From an uncultured delta proteobacterium (GTDB lineage Bacteria > Desulfobacterota > Binatia > UBA9968): a stretch of DNA of 64,000 nucleotides. Positions 10,444 through 19,781 of the stretch are shown piece after piece; position 1 is the stretch's first letter, and every line of letters starts with the position of its first letter. Under the pieces are notes generated by a model. The model ran no database searches. It was given only the letters and a program-made list of their open reading frames with translations, and was not told the DNA's origin. The position numbers were made by a program, and so were the translations under genes. The stretch lies in assembly GCA_963840855.1 (NCBI GenBank), contig CAWJBB010000001.1, forward strand, positions 1-64,000, in the 5' to 3' direction.

Positions 10444-11226
10444 ATGAGCTCGATGAGCATGAATTTGCACTTCACAGCTGCGGGAGAGGGTCCTCCCCTT
10501 ATCATCTTGCACGGTCTTCTTGGTTCCGCCGACAACTGGCGCTCGATGAGTCGCCGCCTCGGCGCTCATTACAAAGTTTTCGCCGTAGATCTGCGTAACC
10601 ACGGCCGATCCCCGCACAGCGACGTTTTTGACTACGATGTGATGGCCGCGGATCTGCGGCAATTCCTGGAGCAACAGGCGCTAAGCAGTATTATGCTTCT
10701 GGGCCACTCGATGGGTGGAAAAGTCGCTATGCAGTTCGCTCTCGACAATGCCGAACGAGTCGACAAGCTGGTTATAGTAGATGTAGCTCCGAAGCTCCAC
10801 GAACCCTCCCAGCGCTATCTATTGGAGGCCCTGCGTTCGTTGGATTTGCGACGCCATCAATCTTTCGCCGACGTCGACGGCGCTCTGGCGGCAAAGGTTT
10901 CAGATCAGTCTTTGCGCCAATTTCTACTCAAGAATTTGGCCCGAGATGAGAATGGCCGCCTGCGCTGGAAAATCCATTTGGAAGGGATTTACCGGAACTA
11001 CGATAAACTCGCGCGCGGGCTTGCACCTGAGCGACCCTTCGATAAACCCACTCTTTTCATCCGCGGCGGCCGGTCGACTTACATTGAAGATTATGACGCG
11101 CCGTTGATCCGACAGATTTTTCCGCAAGCCGAGATCGCGACCCTACCTAAGGCCGGTCACTGGGTTCATGTCGACGCGCCGAACGAGTTTTTCCAAACGG
11201 TGATGCACTTTCTGAGCAGAGCCTGA
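10444..11226 (+). CDS. Alpha/beta hydrolase, YbfF/ABHD11-like esterase
   Basis: LHGLLGSADNW, DLRNHGRS, GHSMGGK nucleophile elbow, LRQFLLKNL, GHWVH. Confidence 0.88.
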   Translation: MSSMSMNLHFTAAGEGPPLIILHGLLGSADNWRSMSRRLGAHYKVFAVDLRNHGRSPHSDVFDYDVMAADLRQFLEQQALSSIMLLGHSMGGKVAMQFALDNAERVDKLVIVDVAPKLHEPSQRYLLEALRSLDLRRHQSFADVDGALAAKVSDQSLRQFLLKNLARDENGRLRWKIHLEGIYRNYDKLARGLAPERPFDKPTLFIRGGRSTYIEDYDAPLIRQIFPQAEIATLPKAGHWVHVDAPNEFFQTVMHFLSRA

Positions 11227-11253
11227 CGCTTTGTGTCCGTGGCATGGTGATCC

Positions 11254-11574
11254 TTATCCTTCCCGTGTCATTCGTTCAACGTCGGCGATGGTCAGTTTGT
11301 CCATGCGAAAAGCGCGGTGCGGGTTCCATTCGAGGACTTCCATGGTGCGAATGCCGCGGGCGTGATGCGAATCCGTCGCCGCGATGGCTTTTGCTTCTTC
11401 GAGACTCGCCGCGAGCATGATGTAGATGCCGTAGGCGCCGTCGGTGGTCGGGCCGGAAAACAGCAAGCGCCCGGCTTTGTGTTGTTCCTCCAGCCACCGG
11501 CGATGTTCATCGTAATGGGTTTGTTTGCTTTCTTCTTTCTCCGGCAATGAACGCGAAAGGACGATGTACCACAC
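11254..11574 (-). CDS. YciI-family protein
   Basis: EHRRWLEE..GRLLFSGP..EEAKAIAATD; AAGGAG RBS upstream of a GTG start. Confidence 0.85.
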   Translation of the reverse strand: MWYIVLSRSLPEKEESKQTHYDEHRRWLEEQHKAGRLLFSGPTTDGAYGIYIMLAASLEEAKAIAATDSHHARGIRTMEVLEWNPHRAFRMDKLTIADVERMTREG

Positions 11575-11589
11575 GAGGATGTTCTCCTT

Positions 11590-12432
11590 CTACTTCGAAT
11601 TGAGTGAGTAATTGATGTCGAGTCGCTCGGCTCGATAGTACTCCCGCAGAAATTCTTTTTGGTTTGAGTAGCGACGCTTTGGGATTAGCCGTCCCTGAAA
11701 CGACACGACCAGCGGGTCCACATCGAACGGATAAGGAGTCACGGTCGCCTGGGTTTCGTCCTTGATGGTGAAAGTAAGTATCGCATCCGGCTCGCCCGGG
11801 CGAACCGGCGCCGGCACGTTGCTCATCGTGTTGCTGGGGCCGTTCTTGCGCTGGGTGCTGTTGAAAGGATAGCGATTACAGACGAACTGGCCCATCTGGT
11901 CGTAGATTTCCATCAGCTTAAAATTCGTCCAAATCCGCTCATCCGCCAAGTAGTCGTAATACTCGTCGGAATTTTTTAATTGCTGCATGAGCTGATCACG
12001 GTAGCTTTCCTGCTCGCTCAAGAATTCTTTGACATCCGGATTGGCCGTATAGTCCGGCATGTAAGGAAGCAGCCCGCGTCCTTGAGTCAACAGTCCGTCG
12101 GAATGCAAAGAGACGATATACCCGGCATATGGATCTTGTTCAGCCACGCGCTCGATACCGTGGCGGTAGAAGTCGAGCCACACCCGCCCGCCCAGATGCT
12201 TGATGCTGCCGATATAATCCGGCGGCAGACCTTCGTCGTTAAGGTGGGGTTTGATCTCCCAATCCCACCAGCCGCAGTCATGCTCCTGGGCGGCCAGCAC
12301 CATGGCATGGTAGGGCGACGGCGGAGCGAAGGTATCGTTGCCCCAATGGGCGGCCAACCAACCGGTCACTTTAGAATGGTCGACCTGCAAGATCAGTAAC
12401 AAACGCTCGTCATCGTAAGGACAAACCATCAT
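11590..12432 (-). CDS. DUF3891-family protein (HD-like metal-binding motifs), paralogue 1
   Basis: QVDHS..LAAHWGN, EHDCGWWDWE, DPYAGYIVSLH, PYPF. Confidence 0.8.
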   Translation of the reverse strand: MMVCPYDDERLLLILQVDHSKVTGWLAAHWGNDTFAPPSPYHAMVLAAQEHDCGWWDWEIKPHLNDEGLPPDYIGSIKHLGGRVWLDFYRHGIERVAEQDPYAGYIVSLHSDGLLTQGRGLLPYMPDYTANPDVKEFLSEQESYRDQLMQQLKNSDEYYDYLADERIWTNFKLMEIYDQMGQFVCNRYPFNSTQRKNGPSNTMSNVPAPVRPGEPDAILTFTIKDETQATVTPYPFDVDPLVVSFQGRLIPKRRYSNQKEFLREYYRAERLDINYSLNSK

Positions 12433-12445
12433 GGGACGATCTCCT

Positions 12446-12538
12446 TTCGTTCGTTGCTCGTGTTCGTGGTTCGTGCTCGTCCGCGGACATTTTCCGGTCC
12501 GATTAAACTTTGAACCTTGAACATTGAACTTTGAACCC
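12446..12538. repeat. Short-period intergenic repeats (hexamer TCGTG-like, then heptamer TTGAACN x4)
   Basis: ttcgttcgttgctcgtgttcgtggttcgtgctcgt and tttgaac/cttgaac/attgaac/tttgaac. Confidence 0.7.
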
Positions 12539-12543
12539 CCCTG

Positions 12544-13511
12544 TTACGCCAGAAGTTCTTTAATCGTCGCGCCAAAAATATTATCCAGCTCTGCTTCCGG
12601 CCAAGCGCGGGCTTTCAATGCGGCCACCGTTTCTTTCTCTGTATTCGGTACATGCGGCACGTCGGTGCCAAACACCAGCGTGTTAGCGCCCCAGGTCGCG
12701 CGGGCGCACTCCAGCGCGGGGCCATGGGTGCATGCCGTGTCGAAGTAGCACCGGCGCAAGTAATAACTCGGCGGGTGAGGGCAACTCGAAAAGCGCTGGT
12801 AGCCGCGGTCGATGCGATCCAGGATCATCGGCAAGCCGCCGCCCAGGTGCGACCAGACGATCTTTACGTCGGGGCACTCTTCGAGCACTCCCGACAACGC
12901 TAGTCGGGTCGCGGCCATCGCGGTCTCGCCCGGGATAGCCCACGGACAGGAAAGTTCCTGGAATCGTTCTGTGGCCCGTCGCAAGGATAGGTCGGGTGCA
13001 CGAGCACCAGCAATTTTCTGCGGCTCATCTCGCGCCAGAAATCCCGCAACTCTAACGCATGCAATTGACGGTCGCCGATGTTAGTCGCGATGCCTACTCC
13101 GGCGGCGCCCATGCCGAGCGCGCGCTCGAGCTCCTCGATCATCGCAGAATGATTGGCGCACGGCAGCACGGCGACAAAGCGAAAACGATCCGAATGGCGC
13201 CGGCAGACCGCTGCGAGCCCGTCGTTCACGAAGCGAGCCGCGGCGGCGTCGCGCGATCCGGCCCAGCCGATATTGAGAGCGCCCACGGACAGCACGGCCA
13301 TGCCGATGGCCGCTGCGTCCATCGACGCAAGCCGTGATTTTAAGTCCGCTTGGTCCTGCGGCAATGACATCACGTGGCTGCCGCGATAGAGCAGCGATTG
13401 CCCGCGAGGATTGTCAACCAGCTTGAACTCGGGGCGGTCCTTTATGACTTCGGTGAAGCAGCCCTCGGGATAAATATGGGCATGGACGTCGATGATTTGA
13501 GTCGATGGCAT
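12544..13511 (-). CDS. Amidohydrolase_2 family (ACMSD-like decarboxylase/hydrolase), frameshifted around 12930-12965
   Basis: IIDVHAH, VLVHP, SHLGGGLP, YFDT, LVFGTDVPH. The bridging peptide PGTFLSVGYPGET needs two indels. Confidence 0.85.
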
Positions 13512-13594
13512 AATGTTCAGTCTCAAATCTGAATATTACCTGCGCAGACTCTCTCTAACGCTCTCAGCGAGTAAAAAATCCCCCTATATTCCCC

Positions 13595-13725
13595 GAAGCT
13601 GTGAAAAAATCCGCTCATGGTTCGACGGGCTCACCACGAGCGGTTTGGCACAGACGGAAATTTAAGCACTTAGCCGTTCGTCCTGAGCCTGGTCGAAGGG
13701 CGGACGGCGATTTTTTCACAGCTTC
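13595..13725. mobile_element. 131-bp MITE-like element with perfect 17-bp TIRs and a REP doublet, inserted in a CCCCTTT..AAAGGG hairpin repeat
   Basis: GAAGCTGTGAAAAAATC / GATTTTTTCACAGCTTC with CCC flanks. Internal TGGTTCGAC..CTCACCACGAGCGG and CCGTTCGTCCTGAGCC..TCGAAGGG. Confidence 0.8.
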
Positions 13726-13800
13726 CCCTTTCAAAAAGGGAGATTCATTACCACCGGATACCCCTCTTTCAAAAAGAGGGGACAGGGGAGATTTACGCGA

Positions 13801-16107
13801 CTATTTTTGCGCGACGCTTTTCTTAATCAGTTCCAACAAATAATCCGGCTTCAACGGCAGCTTTGTCACTTCCACACCTAACGCATTGGAAACCGCGTTC
13901 GCAAGGGCGGCGCCAGCCGCCGTTATGCCTCCTTCGCCGGCGCCTTTGACGCCGAGGGGATTGTGCGGCGATGGAAAATCTTCGGTGGAGATAAATTGCG
14001 CCTTGGGCATCTCCATCGCCGTCGGCATCAAGTAATCCATGAAGCTGGTCGCCAACGGCTGGCCGTCTTCGTCGTAAGCAAAGTCCTCCAGCAGCGCGCC
14101 GCCGATGCCCTGGGCCAGGCCGCCAGCCATCTGACCCTCGATGATCATCGGATTGATTTTCCGTCCGACATCTTCGGTGACCAGATAGTCGAGAATTTTG
14201 AGCGCGCCGGTTTCGCGGTCTACTTCGACGGCCGCCAGATGCACACCGTAGGGAAATGGCCGCTTGTCCGTTGCGAAGAAATCTTCCTCGGTGATGCCTG
14301 GAGTAAGACCGCTTCTTAAGGCCGGACCAGGCAGGGCCAACGCGGCGAGGTCGGTGAAGCTCAATGAACGTTCGGGCGCGCCGCGGGCGACGACCCTACC
14401 GTCGCGAAGAAATAAATCGCCGGCGTCGATTTCCAACGCGGCCGACGCGAGCTGCAGGAGCTTGTCTTTGACCTTGCGCGACGCGCCCACGGCGGCGCTG
14501 CCGGCCATCACCGTCGAACGGCTGGCGTTGCTGCCGTTGCCGTAGGGAACCTGCGCCGTGTCGCCATGCACGACGCGCACATCGTCGATGGAAATCTGCA
14601 GCTCATCGGCGACGATCTGGCTCAGCGCGGTGGCGATACCTTGGCCGACGGAATTGCAGCCGGAATAGAGGACGGCCTTGCCGCAATTGTCGATCTCCAC
14701 GCGGGCGTACTCCCACGGGCCGATGCCGCTGGTTTCGACGAAGCAGCCGATACCGACGCCGATGGCGCGGCCTTCGTTCTTTGCGGCGGCGCAAGTGGCC
14801 TTGAGCTTTTCATAACCGAAGCGCTCCAATGCCTGTTCGAGCTGCATGGGAAAATCACCGGTATCGTAAACCATATAATGAAACGGATGCTTGCCGAGGT
14901 CATAGGGCATTTCTTGGTGCCGAATCAAATTGCGTCTTCTGACGTCGGCCGGATCAAGATTCAGACGGTGCGCGACGATATCCAACAGCCGCTCTCGGAC
15001 AAAGTTCGCTTCATAACGGCCCGGGCTGCGGTAGGTGCCGACGGGGGTCTTGTTGGTCAGCACGCAGAAAACGTTACAGCGATAGTTTTTCACCCGAAAC
15101 GGGCCGCGCAGCATGGCGGAAGCGGCGATGGCCGGCACGCCGCCGTGGGTGCGCGTGTAGCCACCCATATCGAAAAGAATCTCGGCGTCCATCGCGACGA
15201 CCGTGCCGTCGTTTTTGACGCCGATCTTGACGCGGTGATTTTGCTGGCGCGATTGATTCATAGCCTTGAGATTTTCCGAACGGTCCTCGATCCAACAAAT
15301 GGGCCTGCGGAAATGCATCGCGGCGAAGGGAATCAAGAAATCCTCCGGATAAAATTCGCCGCGGGCGCCGAAGCCGCCGCCGACTTCGGGCTCGATGAAA
15401 TGGATGCTGCTTTGGGGCATGCCGGTGAGTTCGGAGAGAATGCGCCAATTCGTATGGGTCATCTTGGTCGGCCCCCACAGGGTAAGGAGGCCTTTGCCTT
15501 CGTCCCACTCGGCAACGAGGCCGCGGGTTTCCAGCGGCACGGCGGCATGGCGTTGGGTGGAGAATTCCTCTTCCAAGATCAAGTCGCAGCCGGCGAAGGC
15601 GCTATCCACGTCGCCTACATTTACTTGAAAGTTGGCCGCGATGTTGTTGGGCACGGCGTCGTGCAGTTGCGGCGCTCCCGGTTGCATGCCCGCATGCGCG
15701 TCGGTGACGGCGCCCAGCGCTGCGTATTCGACATCGATCAATTCTAAGGCGTCTTCAGCGATGTAGCGGTTTTCCGCCACGACCACGGCGAGGGGATCGC
15801 CGACATAGCGCACTTTGGCACTTGCGATGGGAGTTTGTTGCGAGCGCTCCAGCCCGGGTATCACGCCGGTGCGCATCGGAATGGTTTTCAATCCCGGCAT
15901 GTCCGCGGCCGTGAGCACGCCGATGACGCCGGGCAGCCTCAGCGCCGCAGCCGTGTCTATTTTGACGATGCGGGCGTGCGCGTGGGTGCTGCGCACAATG
16001 GCGGCGTGCACCATGCCAACGCGGTGAATATCGCCGACGTATTTGCCGATACCGCGCAGTAGTCTAACATCTTCTTTGCGTTTAATTCTTGCGCCGATGT
16101 ACGGCAT
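13801..16107 (-). CDS. Xanthine dehydrogenase family molybdopterin-binding subunit (CoxL/CutL-like)
   Basis: KRKEDVRLLRG, VGGGFG, active-site loop TYRSPGR, GQG, QGIGGAL, GVKGAGEGG. Confidence 0.92.
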   Translation of the reverse strand: MPYIGARIKRKEDVRLLRGIGKYVGDIHRVGMVHAAIVRSTHAHARIVKIDTAAALRLPGVIGVLTAADMPGLKTIPMRTGVIPGLERSQQTPIASAKVRYVGDPLAVVVAENRYIAEDALELIDVEYAALGAVTDAHAGMQPGAPQLHDAVPNNIAANFQVNVGDVDSAFAGCDLILEEEFSTQRHAAVPLETRGLVAEWDEGKGLLTLWGPTKMTHTNWRILSELTGMPQSSIHFIEPEVGGGFGARGEFYPEDFLIPFAAMHFRRPICWIEDRSENLKAMNQSRQQNHRVKIGVKNDGTVVAMDAEILFDMGGYTRTHGGVPAIAASAMLRGPFRVKNYRCNVFCVLTNKTPVGTYRSPGRYEANFVRERLLDIVAHRLNLDPADVRRRNLIRHQEMPYDLGKHPFHYMVYDTGDFPMQLEQALERFGYEKLKATCAAAKNEGRAIGVGIGCFVETSGIGPWEYARVEIDNCGKAVLYSGCNSVGQGIATALSQIVADELQISIDDVRVVHGDTAQVPYGNGSNASRSTVMAGSAAVGASRKVKDKLLQLASAALEIDAGDLFLRDGRVVARGAPERSLSFTDLAALALPGPALRSGLTPGITEEDFFATDKRPFPYGVHLAAVEVDRETGALKILDYLVTEDVGRKINPMIIEGQMAGGLAQGIGGALLEDFAYDEDGQPLATSFMDYLMPTAMEMPKAQFISTEDFPSPHNPLGVKGAGEGGITAAGAALANAVSNALGVEVTKLPLKPDYLLELIKKSVAQK

Positions 16108-16169
16108 GGAGTGTTAAACCTCGCCTCTCCGTCGTGAACCAAACTGCAAGATTCATTTCACCACAGAGG

Positions 16170-16317
16170 CCTAGAGCGGCAAAGCCGCAACCAAAGCTAG
16201 GATATCTCGCGCAAAGACGCCAAGGCCGCAAAGGTCGGAGAAAAATGGTGAAGATCGATTGTAAGATTATCAATCTTTCCCTTCCGAACTTGGCGTGCTC
16301 TGCGCCTTGGCGCGAGT
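16170..16317 (+). repeat. Palindromic repeat of the CGCAAAG/CTTGGCG family
   Basis: Shares GCGGCAAAGCCGCAACCAA..ATATCTCGCGCAAAG with 2306-2360 and has an inverted CTTGGCG arm. Confidence 0.7.
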
Positions 16318-16348
16318 GAATCCCCGCATTCGAGTGATTTCAGTACGG

Positions 16349-16843
16349 TCAGGTCCCGTGCGTTGACCCGTTGAGTATCTTCGCCGCTTCTTGAATCGCG
16401 GTTACGATGTTCTGATACCCTGTGCAGCGGCATAAATTGCCGCTGATCCATTCGCGGATTTCATCCTCGCTGGGGCTCGGAATTTCTCTCAAGAGCGCCT
16501 CCGCGGTGAGCAAAATTCCCGGCGTGCAGAAACCGCACTGCAAGCCGTGCAGCTCCCAAAACTTTTCTTGAATGGGGTGCAGTTCGGCGGCGCTCGGCGC
16601 CAATCCTTCTACGGTTTTCAATTCCACGCCATTAGCTTGGACGGCGAACATGAGGCACGAGCGCACCGGCTCGCCGTTTAGCAGAATCGTGCAGGCGCCA
16701 CACACGCCATGCTCGCACCCGACATGGGTTCCGGTGAGGCCCAAATCGTCCCGCAGAAAATCAGTCAAAAGTTTGCGCGGCTCCACTGCGCCGCGATAAT
16801 TTTTCCCGTTGATTGTTACGTTGATCTCTCGCTTGTTTATCAT
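16349..16843 (-). CDS. (2Fe-2S)-binding small subunit (CoxS/CutS-like)
   Basis: [28 protein letters not shown]. Confidence 0.95.
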   Translation of the reverse strand: MINKREINVTINGKNYRGAVEPRKLLTDFLRDDLGLTGTHVGCEHGVCGACTILLNGEPVRSCLMFAVQANGVELKTVEGLAPSAAELHPIQEKFWELHGLQCGFCTPGILLTAEALLREIPSPSEDEIREWISGNLCRCTGYQNIVTAIQEAAKILNGSTHGT

Positions 16844-16894
16844 GGTTCTCTCTGCGCTCGTATCGCTTAGCTATCCTGCGCCGATACGTTGCAG

Positions 16895-16970
16895 ATGTGG
16901 AGGTCCAGGGTCGGTTTAGAGTCCCGGGTCCCGCGTCAACTCAAGACTCTAGACGCGAGACTATTAGACT
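16895..16970. repeat. Inverted heptamer-like array (GAGTC/GGTC units then GACT units) overlapping the coxM-like stop codon
   Basis: gaggtcc/agggtc/agagtcc/cgggtcc/cgcgtc followed by aactc/aagactc/tagacgc/gagact/tagactc. Confidence 0.55.
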
Positions 16971-17826
16971 CCTTGGCCCGCGCCGACGCTTCTTCCAACA
17001 CGCGCCGCGCCAGCACCTTTGAAACTTCCTTTCGGTATTCCGCGCTGGCGTGAATATCGGCTTCAGTATCGAGCTCGGCTGCCGCGGCGTTGGCTACATC
17101 GTTGAAAATGGCCGCATCGGGTTTCATGCCGCTGAGCATTTCCGTCTTGAACGACAGATGGGGCCTGGAGCCGGTAAAGACCAGATTGGCCTTATCAATG
17201 GTTCCATCGGGCCGGAGCGAAATGGTTGCAGCGACTGCCGCGAGCGCAAAGTCGCCATGGCGCCGGCTCACTTCTTGAAAAGCGCTGCCGGTTCGCGGTG
17301 CTGTCTCTGGGACACGAATCTCGATCAAGAGCTCTCCTGGCTCCAATAGAGTGGACATCGCGTCGACGAAAAATTCCCGCGCTTGAACGAGTCGCTCGCT
17401 CTGATGACCGCGCAATACGAACGACGCCTCCAAGGCGACCATGACCACCGGAAGTTCGGCGGACGGATAAGCATGGGCGAGGCTGCCGCCCACGGTGCCG
17501 CGGTTGCGGATCTGCACGTGGCCGATATGCGGAGTTGCCTCATGCAACAATGGCCAGCCCTCGGCTACTGCCGCGGACCGTTCGAGGGCACGCTGGCGCG
17601 TCATGGCACCGATGCGCAGCTCGCCATTTTCGACCGTGAGATAATTTAATTCACTCAGGCCATTGAGATCCACCAAGTACGCGGGCCGGGCCAAGCGGAA
17701 ATTCATCAACGGCACCAGGCTTTGCCCACCGGCGAGCGGCCTCGCCGCGTCTTTGTGCAGAGCGAGCAGTTGCAGCGCTTCCGGCAGGGAAGTCGGGGAG
17801 AAGTACTCAAACGACGCAGGCTTCAT
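16936..17826 (-). CDS. FAD-binding medium subunit (CoxM/CutM-like)
   Basis: MKPASFEY, LAGGQSLVP, QIRNRGTVGGS, RRHGDFA, DIHASAEYR. Confidence 0.93.
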   Translation of the reverse strand: MKPASFEYFSPTSLPEALQLLALHKDAARPLAGGQSLVPLMNFRLARPAYLVDLNGLSELNYLTVENGELRIGAMTRQRALERSAAVAEGWPLLHEATPHIGHVQIRNRGTVGGSLAHAYPSAELPVVMVALEASFVLRGHQSERLVQAREFFVDAMSTLLEPGELLIEIRVPETAPRTGSAFQEVSRRHGDFALAAVAATISLRPDGTIDKANLVFTGSRPHLSFKTEMLSGMKPDAAIFNDVANAAAAELDTEADIHASAEYRKEVSKVLARRVLEEASARAKESNSLASRVLS

Positions 17827-17920
17827 CGTTGTATTATCCCACTGAATTATTATCGTTGAATGTTTTCGCGCCTAGCGAAAATTTTCCGGCTGCCCGTAGT
17901 CCTTAAAGACGGGGATTTGC

Positions 17921-18090
17921 TCCCGCCAAGACGCCAAGTGACAGGCCAAAGGCCTGTCATCCCCCGAGCGAATGCGAAAGATCTAAGAAAGATTTCTCTC
18001 TTCGTTCGAAATGACAATGCTCTTCCTTTGCGGCCTTTGCGCCTTTGCGCGAGTTATTCCGACTTTTAGTCGCGGCTCTGCCGCGTTAGG
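17921..18090 (-). repeat. Uninterrupted copy of the composite repeat at 2306-2620
   Basis: The reverse complement matches 2306-2429 plus 2566-2620 in order. Confidence 0.75.
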
Positions 18091-18099
18091 TCTCGCCGG

Positions 18100-18945
18100 T
18101 TATGCCGAGGCCAAACTATGGGTCACCGTGATCCGTTCGGCGCGGTAGAATTCACCGAGAAAGTCATCGCCGTCTTGATATTTTCTCGTCGGCACCAATC
18201 GAGCCGTGAAAGAAACCGGCAACGGATCTATATCGAACGGATAGGGGAATAGAACGGCCTTGTTTTCGCCGACCGTATCAATACTGATCTTGGCCGGCTT
18301 TCGACCATGTTGGGTGGGGATATCGACGTCGTTCAACGTGTTCGACGGACCAAGCTTGCGTGCTTTGCTATTCAATGGATAACGATTACAGACAAATTGC
18401 GCGAGCTGGTCGAAGACCTCCATGTATTCGTAATTGGTCCACACATGTTCATCGGAAGTATATTTCATGAATCGTTCCGATTCGCGCAGTTGTCCCAAAA
18501 GTTTTAGGCGCAACGCTTCTTGATGGTCGACATAGGCCTTCACGCGCGGGTCCGAGGTGCGGTCCGGCGGATAATCGTACTTCCCGTAACCGGCGTTCAT
18601 GAGCGCCACGCCATGCATCGCCATCAACATGGCCGCGTAGGGGTCTCGTTGCGTCACCCGGTCAACCGCGTTCTTGTAAAAGTCGAGCCGAAGCTGGCCG
18701 AGATATTTCAGGCTCCCGTCGTGATAGTCCAGCGGGTAACCTTTATCATTGATAGTGGACGGGCACATCTCCCACTCCCACCAGCCGATGTCATGCTCGC
18801 CGGCGGCCAAGACCACGGAAGAATAAGGTTGGGGCCGGTCAAAGTCTTTGTTGCCCCAATGCGCGGCAAAATAACCCGCAACCCGCGAATGGTCGATTTG
18901 CAGGGCCAAGATCGTACGGGTATCGTCATAAGGATAGGCCATCAT
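18100..18945 (-). CDS. DUF3891-family protein, paralogue 2
   Basis: QIDHS..FAAHWGN, EHDIGWWEWE, DPYAAMLMAMH; collinear with 11590-12432 (shared QFVCNRYP). Confidence 0.8.
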   Translation of the reverse strand: MMAYPYDDTRTILALQIDHSRVAGYFAAHWGNKDFDRPQPYSSVVLAAGEHDIGWWEWEMCPSTINDKGYPLDYHDGSLKYLGQLRLDFYKNAVDRVTQRDPYAAMLMAMHGVALMNAGYGKYDYPPDRTSDPRVKAYVDHQEALRLKLLGQLRESERFMKYTSDEHVWTNYEYMEVFDQLAQFVCNRYPLNSKARKLGPSNTLNDVDIPTQHGRKPAKISIDTVGENKAVLFPYPFDIDPLPVSFTARLVPTRKYQDGDDFLGEFYRAERITVTHSLASA

Positions 18946-19183
18946 AGCGGCAACTCCTCTCTCGGCAACTAGTTTAGAATCCGCCTTTTCCCTATCAATC
19001 GCGCCTGTCCACTGTCAAGCGAGGCGATTACTTTCTCGCCGACAATTCGTTGCGCGCTTCTTTCCCGCCCGCTTCGAATCAGAATTTCTGCGGGAACAAC
19101 GAATTTGCGTTGGATATAGACTCATCGAGTTGAATGTTCGAAGCATAAAAGAAAGAGTTGACGGGCGATGGCGCAGCGATAAC

Positions 19184-19684
19184 TCAAAACAGAATCTCTC
19201 CGGCAAACAATATGGCGACGGGCGCTTGCATAGAATTCATCGACTTCACCGCGCCGGCGATGGCCCCAGGAACCTCTGCGGTTTTCTCCACCGTTCGATG
19301 GGTAATTCTCATGCTGTCGAGCAGGGGTTTGGTGCCCCAGCCAAACGGCACCGAGAACCAGCGTTCATCGCCGAGACCGCCCCGATGGCTGATCAACAAC
19401 AACATAGGTACTCCAAAAGCCATGGGGCCGCGCAAGAGAGCGTAAGTGCCGAAAGTGAAGCCGGTGTTTTCCACTAGCAGGGCCGGCTTCATCCCACCCA
19501 ACCATGCCCCCATGCAGAGCCCGACACCGTCATTTTCGCTGGCCACCTGAACGTAGGTGATCTTTGGATCCGCCGAAAGCGGCAGGTATAGCTCCAGGAA
19601 TGCCGAGTCGGGCAGGCAGGCAACGAAATTAACGCCGCAATTGACTAAGGCATCATGCGCTAGGTTGGCAGCATCCGACTTCAT
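19184..19684 (-). CDS. ThDP-dependent decarboxylase alpha subunit (sulfopyruvate/phosphonopyruvate decarboxylase ComD-like)
   Basis: VACLPDS, ENDGVGLCMGAWLGG, ENTG, LLISHRG. Confidence 0.82.
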   Translation of the reverse strand: MKSDAANLAHDALVNCGVNFVACLPDSAFLELYLPLSADPKITYVQVASENDGVGLCMGAWLGGMKPALLVENTGFTFGTYALLRGPMAFGVPMLLLISHRGGLGDERWFSVPFGWGTKPLLDSMRITHRTVEKTAEVPGAIAGAVKSMNSMQAPVAILFAGEILF

Positions 19685-19781
19685 CTGAGGTCCTCCTTCG
19701 AGCAAGGCCCGGTCTCAGTAAATATGATCAGCCAACGGGTCGTTGTTAATTCGGGAACGTCTCGTGCGATGCACGTCGCTG

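Noticed and set aside
14566-15747. Long antisense ORFs (also 1060-1953, 25678-26592, 34038-34952)
   Set aside because: These are shadow ORFs opposite well-supported genes in GC-rich DNA and show no family motifs.
13801-17826. Aerobic CO dehydrogenase coxMSL
   Set aside because: The active-site loop lacks the AYXCSFR cysteine, and there are no coxDEFG accessory genes.
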